64,000 bases of DNA from Mobula hypostoma (lineage: Eukaryota): positions 4,960,001-5,024,000 of the forward strand of contig NC_086097.1 in the NCBI RefSeq assembly GCF_963921235.1, read 5' to 3'. A model generated the notes under the pieces. The model was not told where the DNA came from. It did no database searches and saw only the letters and a program-made list of their open reading frames with translations. The position numbers and the translations under genes are program-made. Positions 56,826-64,000 of the stretch are shown here, piece after piece (position 1 is the stretch's first letter; each line of letters starts with the position of its first letter).

Positions 56826-59340
56826 CTTAGTATTTGGCACAAATCAGTACATGGCAGTATTAGGAATAGTAAAGGGAAAAAAAAATCACTGCTGGGAGTT
56901 GTCTATCGGCCACCGAATAATAGCATTACAGTGGTATAGGCAATAAATGGAGAAATATCTGAAGTTTGTAAGAATGGACCAGAAGTTATCGTGGGGGACT
57001 TTAACTTACGCCTAGATTGAGTGAATCAAGTTGGTTGAGGCAGTCTGAAGGAGGACTTCATTGAATGCATACACGATGGCTTCTTGAACAGCATGTTACT
57101 GAACCTACAAGGGAACGTGCGATCTTAGATCTGGTCCTATGCAATGAGACAGGTAATACTAGTGACCTTGTAGTTAGGGATCCTCTTGGAAAGAATAATC
57201 ACAGAATGATCGAGTTTCTCATACAAATGAAGGGTGTAGTGTAATAGTTCAATTGAAAACCAATCCATTATACCTAAACAATGAGGACTCCAATGGGATG
57301 AGGGTGAATTTGGCTAGTGTAGACTGGGAAAACAGGCCATATGGCGGGATGGCTGAGGAACAGTGGAAGACTTTCAGAGATTTTTCACAGTGCTCAACAG
57401 AAGTATATTCTAGTTAAAAGCAAGGACAGTAAGGGTGGGGAGGACCAGCCTTGGATAATGAAGGAAATAAAGGAAGGCATCAAACTAAAATCTCATGCAT
57501 ACAAAGTCACCAAGAGTAGTGGGAAACTTTAAAAAATTATCAAAATACCACTAAGCAAGCAATAACTAAAGGGAAGCTAGATTATGAAAATAAAATAACA
57601 CAAAAAATAAAAGTGAATAGTAAAAGTTGTTATAATTATATAAAGTAGAAAAGGGTGGCTAAAGTGAATGTTGGTCCCTTGGAGAACGAGAAGGGGCAAT
57701 TGATATTGGATAATGAGGAAATTGCTAAGGCTTTGAATGACTACTTTACGTTGGTCTTCATGGTGGACATATCTAGCATGCCAAAGAGCGAGGATATGGA
57801 CACAATGGGAGGCGAGGACCTTGATACAATCACTATCACTAATGTGGTAGTGCTGAGCAAACCTGTGGCCCGAAAGATGGATAAGTCCCCTGGTCCTGAT
57901 GGAATACATCCCAAGGTACTGAAAAAAATGGCAGAGGATATAGTTGAGGCTTTGGCGATAATTTACCAAAATTCTCTGGACTCCGGGCAGGTCCCAGCGG
58001 ATTGGAAAATGGTGAATGTAACACCACCACTCAAAAATGGATGTAGGCAAAAGGCAGGTAGCTATAGGCCAGTTAGTTTAGCATCTGTAGTTGGGAAAAT
58101 GCTTGAAGCTATTATTAAAGAAGAAATAGCGAGGCATCTGGAAAGAAATGGATCCATCAGGCAGACGCAGCATGGATTCAGCAAAGGTAGGTTCTGTTTG
58201 ACAAACTTTCTGGAGTTCTTTAAGGATTTAATGAGTGCAGTGGATAGAGGGGAACAGATGGGACGTTAATTATTTGGATTTCCAGAAGGTGCCACATAAA
58301 AGGTTCAATAAGGTGCCACATAAAAAACTTATCCATAAGATAAGGGTGTATAGAGTTGAGGGTGATGTATTAGCATGGATAGAGGATTGGTTAACTAATA
58401 GAACGCAGTGAGTTGGGATACATGGGTGTTTCTCCGGTTGGGAATCAGTGGTGAGTGGTGTGCCGTAGGAATTGGCTCTGGGCCTGCAACTGTTCACAAT
58501 ATTCTTTAACAATCTGGAAGAGGGGACCAATCTTAGTGTATCTAAGTTTGCTGATGATACTAAATTGAGTGGAAAAGCATATTGTGCAGAGGATACAGAG
58601 AGTCTGCAGAGAGATATAGATAGGCTAAGTGAGTGGGCAAGGGTCTGGCAGATGGAGTACAATGTTAGTAAATGCAAGGTCATCCACTTTGGAAGGAAAA
58701 ATGGAAGAACAGATTATTATTTAAATGGTAAAAAATTGCAGCATGCTGTTGTGCAGAGGGACTTGGGAGTGCTTGTGCATGAATCACACAAGGCTGGTTT
58801 GCAGGCTATCAAGAGGGATCGAATTTAAGAGCAAGGAGGTTATGCTGCAACTGTATAGGGTACTGCTGAGGCTGCATCTGGAGTAATGCATGCAGTTCAG
58901 GTCTTCTTACTTGAGGAAGGATATACTGGCTTTGGAGGCAGTGCAGAGGAGGTTCCCCAGGTTGATTACAGAGATGAGAGGTTAGAATGTGAGGAGAGAT
59001 TGAGTCGCCTATGACCGTACTCTGTGGAATTCAGAAGAATGCGAGGAGTTCTTATAGAAGCATATAAAATTATGAAAGGGATAGATAAAACAAAAGCAGG
59101 AAAGTTGTTTCCAATAGTAGGTGAGACTAGAACTAGGGGACATAGCCTCAAGAATCAGGGGAGTAAACTTAAGATGTAGATGAGAAGGAACTGCTTTTCC
59201 CAAAGAGTGGTGAACCTGTGGAATTCTCTGCTCAATGAAGCAGTGGAGGCTACCTTTGTAAATATATTTTAGACAATATTGGATAGATTTTTGCATAGTA
59301 GGAGAATTAAGGATTATGGGGAAAAGGCAGGTAGGTAGCT
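56826..59340 (+). mobile_element. CR1 ORF2 (EN C-half, RT, 3' end), decayed
   Basis: ORFs 57655-58269 and 58472-58828 (SKFADDTKL). Confidence 0.9.
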
Positions 59341-59364
59341 GCATCCACTACTACCAAGAATCTG

Positions 59365-59490
59365 GGGTGCCACAGTAACAGTGGTTAGCACAATGCTTTA
59401 CAGTACCAGCAATCTGGTTTCAGTTCCCGCTGCCATCTGTAAGGAGTTTGTATGTTCTCCCCTTGACTGCGTGAGCTTCCTCCGGGTAAG
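59365..59490 (+). mobile_element. SINE 5' head
   Basis: A-box-like cagtggttagc and B-box-like ggtttcagttccc. Confidence 0.6.
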
Positions 59491-59634
59491 TTCATCCCAG
59501 TGCTGGTGAAAAAGGGGAAACTGGAATTTCTGCTGCATATTCCAGCCATTTTAGGTGGCCATTTACTGAGACAGTCTGGCTTCCCTTTCAAACATCTTTG
59601 CCATAAGAGGGTGACTTTTGATTCATATTGGGGC

Positions 59635-60480
59635 ATAAAACCATGAGATATAGGAGCAGAATTAGGCCATTTGGCCCATCGACTCTCCTCCACCATTTCA
59701 TCAGGGCTGATCTAATTTTCCTCTCAGCCCCAATCTCCTGCTTCTCCCCATATCCCATCATGCCCTGAACAATTGAGAATCTATCAAGCTCTGCTTAATA
59801 TATACATAAAAACTTGGCCTCCACAGCTGCTAGTGGCAAAGAATTCCACAGATTCACCACTCTCTGGCTGAAGAAATTCCTCCTCATCTCCATTCTAAAA
59901 GGATGCCCCAATATTCTGAGGCTGTGTCATCTGGTCTTAGACTCCGCCACCACAGGAAACATCCTCTCCACATCCACTCTATCAAGGCCTTTCACTATTC
60001 AATAGGTTTCAATGAATTCACCCCTCATTCTTCTGAATTCTAGTGAATACAGGCCCAGAGCCAAACTCACTTAAAATGACAAGCCATACAGTCCTGGAAT
60101 CAGTTGTGAACCTTCTATGAATCTTCTCCAGTTTCAGCACGTCCTTTCTAAGATAAGGGGCCCAAATCTCCTCACGATACTCCAAATGAGATCTCTCCAG
60201 TGCTTTGTAAAGACTCAACATCACATCCTTCCTTTTATATTCAATTCCTTTTGAGATGAATGCTAACATTACATTTGACTTCTTCACCACAGACTCAACC
60301 TGAAAATTAACCTTTAGGGAATCCTGCACAAGAACTCCCAAGTCCCTTTTCACCTCAGTTTTGAGTATATTCTCTCAATTGAGTAAATAGTCAACTCTTG
60401 GATTTCCTCTACCAAAGTGCATGAGCATGCAGTTCCCCACATTGTATTCTACCTGCCATTTCTTCAGTAGCATCTCTAAT
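59635..60480 (-). mobile_element. CR1 3' portion
   Basis: ORF 60353-60018; tail at ~59640. Confidence 0.85.
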
Positions 60481-60484
60481 TTCT

Positions 60485-60990
60485 CAAAAATACCTGCCTC
60501 TCCATCTATGGTTTGTATGGCTGGGTAGCTCTCTGTCTGAGAAGGTGGAGAGTGGCACTGGAGCGCCACAGGTGACTGTCCTGTCTTCATTTTTGTTCAC
60601 GCTGTACATCTCAGACTTGCAGTACGAATCTGAGTCTTGCCACTTCCAGAAGTTCTCTGATGACTTTGTGGCAGTTGGGTGTATTAGAGATGGGCAGAAG
60701 TTGGAGGACAGAGGACTGGTGGACAAGTTCATGGAGTGGTGCAGGAGGAACGACCTGCTTCTGAATGTGGCGAAAACCAGGGAGATGGTGATTGATTTTA
60801 GGAGGAAGAGGACTGTGACGTGTCCTGTATATATTCTGGGAGAAGATGTTGCAGTGGTGGAGGAGTACAAATACTCAGGTGTTCACCTTGACAACAGAGG
60901 ACTGGAAAAGCAACACCAAGGCTGTTTACAAGAAGGGGATGAGCAGACTCTATTTTCTCAGGAAGCTGAGATCCTTCAATGTGTGCATTG
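60485..60990 (+). mobile_element. Rex1/Babar RT fragment
   Basis: TGAPQ.TVLS.FLFTLY.SD..KFSDD..LLLNVAKTREMVIDFRR. Confidence 0.85.
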
Positions 60991-62725
60991 GGCTATAGTT
61001 TCCTTTCTTCTGCTTCTCCCTCTTCTTGAAGAGTGGACTATATTTACAATTTTCCAATCCTCCAGAACCATTCCAGAATCTAGTAATTCTGGAAAGATCA
61101 TTACTAATACCTCCATGATCTCCTCAACAACCTCTTTCAGAACTCTGCGGTGTACACCATATGGTGCAGGTGACTTATCTACCTTCAGATCTTTCAGTTT
61201 CCCAGGAACCTTCTCTCTAAGTATGGCAACTTCACACACTTCATACCCCCGACACCTGGAACTTCCACCATACTGCTAGTGTCTCCCGCAGTGAAGACTG
61301 TTGCAAAATACTTAGAACATAAGACCACAAGACATAAGATTAGAATTAGGCCATTCAGCCCATCGAATATGCTCCACTATTCCATCATGGCTGATCTCAG
61401 ATCCCACAAAACCCCATACACCTGCCTTCTCCCCATATCCTTTGATGCTCTGACCGATCAGAAAATGATCAACTTCCACCTTAAATATGTGCACAGACTT
61501 GACGTCCACCATAGTCTGCGGCAGAGCATTCCACAGATTTACTACTCTCTGCCTAAAAAAATTCCTTCTTACCTCTGTTCTAAAGGTTTCCCCTTCAATT
61601 TTGAGGCTGTGCCCTCCAGTTCTGGATACCCCCACCACAGAGTCCTTTCAACATTCAGTAGATGTCAATGAGATCATCCTGCATTCTTCTAAATTCCAGT
61701 GAGTACAGGCCCAAAGCTGCCAAATGCTCCTCATATATTAACCCCTTCATTCCTGGAATCATCCTTGTGAACCTCCTCTGGACTCTTTCCCATGACAACA
61801 CATCCTTTCTGAGATATTGGGCCATAAACTGTTGACAATACTCCAAATGCAGCCTGACTAGTGTCTTATAAAGGCTCAGCATTATCTCCTTGTTTTTATA
61901 TTCTACTCCCCCTGAAATAAATGCCTACATTGCATTTGCCTTCTTTACCACAAACTCAACCTGTAAATTAATTCTGGGAGTCTTGCAAGAGGACTCCTAA
62001 ATCCCTCTGCACCTTTAATGTTTGAACCTTCTCCCCACTTAGATAATAGTTCGCACTATTGTCCCTCTTACCAAAATACATTATCATACATTTCCCAACA
62101 CTGTATTTCATCTGCTACTTTTTTGTCCATTTTTCCAATTTGTCTAAGTTCTGCTGCAATCACATTGCTTCCTCAGCACTACCTACCCCTCCACCTATCT
62201 TCATATCATCCACAAACTTTGCCACAAAGCCATCAATTCCATTATCTAAATCATTTGCAAACAATGTGAAAAGTAGGAGTCCCAATACTGACTCCTGAGG
62301 AACACCACTTGTCACTGGCAGCCAACCAGAAAAGGCCCCTTTTATCCCCACTCACTGCCTCCTGCCTGTCAGCCATTCCTCTATCCATGCCAGTATCTTT
62401 CCTGTAAAGCCATAGGATTTTATTTTGTTAAGGAGCCTCATGTGTGGCACCATATCAAACACCTTCTGAAATCCCAATTAAATAACATCCACTGCCTCTC
62501 CTTTGACCACTCTGTTTGTTACCTTCTCAAAGAACTTGTAACAGTTTGTCAGTCAAGGTTTCCCTTTACAGAAACTATGCTGACTTTGACTTTTTTTATC
62601 ATTAGTCTCCAAGTACCTGAAAACCTAATCCTTAATAATAGACTCCAATGCTTTCCCGACTACTGAAGTTAGGCTAACTGGCCTATAATTTCCTTTCTTT
62701 TGCCTTCCACCCTTCTTAAAGAGTT
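60991..62725 (-). mobile_element. Two adjacent CR1 fragments (60991-61312 and 61313-62725)
   Basis: ORFs 61239-60976, 61638-61312, 61882-61655 and 62351-62160; tail at ~61313-61340. Confidence 0.88.
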
Positions 62726-62783
62726 TCAGTAACGTTTGATAAATATTGTAAATATTTTGTTTGATTCAGCATTCTTTGTTTAT

Positions 62784-64000
62784 GTAGAAACATGGAAACA
62801 TAGAAAACCTACAGCACAATACAGGCCCTTCGGCCCACAAAACTGTGCTGAACATGTCCCTACCTTACACTACCTAGGCTTTACCCACAGCCCTCTATTT
62901 TTCGAAGCTCCATGTAGCCATCCAGGAGTCTCTTAAAAGACCCTGTCGGTTCCACCTCCACCAACACCGCTGGCAGCCCATTCCACGCACTCACCACTCT
63001 CTGTGTAAAAAACTTGCCCCTGACATCTCCTCTGTACCTACTTCCAAGTACCTTAAAACTATGCTCTCTCATGCTAGCCATTTCAGCCCTGGGGAAAAGC
63101 CTCTGACTATCCACATGATCAATGCCTCTCACTATCTTGTACACCTCTATCAAGTCACCTCTCATCTTCCGTCACTCCAGGGAGAAAAGGCCGAGTTCAC
63201 TCAACCTATTCTCAGAAGGCATGCTCCCCAATCCAGCCTTGTAGATCTCCTCTGCGCCCTTTCTATGGTTTCAATGTCCTTCCTGTAGTGAGGTAACCAA
63301 AATTAAGCACAATACTCCAAGTGGGGTCTGACCAGTGTCCTATATAGCTGCAACATTACCTCTCGGCTCTTAAACTCAATGCCACAGTTGATGAAAGCCA
63401 ATTCACCTTATGCCTTCTTAACCACAGAGTCAACCTGTGTGGCAGCTTTGAGTGTCCTATGGACCCCAAGATCCTTCTGATTCTCCACACTGCCAAGAGT
63501 CTTACCATTAATACTATATTCTGCCATCATCTTTGACCTACCAAGGTGAACCACCTCACACTTATTTGGGTTGAACTCCATTTGCCACTTCCCAGCCCAG
63601 TTTTGCATTCTATCAATATCCCCCTGTAACCTCTGACAGCCCTCCACACTAACCACAACACCCCCAACCTTTGTGTCATCAGCAAATTTACTAATCCATC
63701 TCTCCAGTTCCTCATCCAAGTCATTTATAAAAATCGTGAAGAGTAGGGGTCCCAGAACAGATCCCTGAGGCACTCCACTAGTGATCCACCTCCATGCAGA
63801 ATATGACCCATCTACAACCACTCTTTGCCTTCTGTGGGCAAGCCAGTTCTGGATCCACAAAGCAATGTCCCCTTGGATCCCATGCCTCCTTACTTTCTCA
63901 ATCAGCCTTGCATGGGGTACTTTATCAAATGCCTTGCTGAAATCCATATACACTACATCTACCGCTCTTCCTTCATCAATGTGTTTAGTCGCATCCTCAA
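62784..64000 (-). mobile_element. CR1 3' portion, running off the window
   Basis: ORF 63953-63408 (YMDFSKAFDKVPH..FADD); TTTCTATG tail at 62784-62806. Confidence 0.93.

Overview
Eukaryotic, transposon-saturated non-genic (intergenic or deep intronic) DNA. The repeat repertoire suggests a vertebrate, probably a cartilaginous fish; this is an inference. I find no host protein-coding exon, no rRNA/tRNA gene and no CRISPR array. Nearly all long ORFs are pieces of decayed retroelements: many CR1 LINEs, Rex1/Babar, two L1s, Penelope-like elements (PLEs; RT + GIY-YIG), a Gypsy LTR element, HERO, RTE, tRNA-derived SINEs, solo LTRs, and Tigger/Tc1/hAT DNA-transposon derivatives. They are nested up to four levels deep, and many target-site duplications (TSDs) are readable. 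The most notable observations are four. (1) A ~500-bp non-coding element that resembles no TE I recognise occurs twice, inverted, ~19 kb apart (26417-26930 and 45935-46652), with a highly conserved homeodomain-motif-rich core. (2) Minimal hammerhead ribozymes sit at the 3' end of the PLE copies, plus a second hammerhead type. (3) Fold-back PLE insertions carry clean 12-15 bp TSDs. (4) One L1 shows a textbook twin-priming 5' inversion. I see no new protein-based system. All family assignments are by eye, and boundaries without a TSD are approximate.
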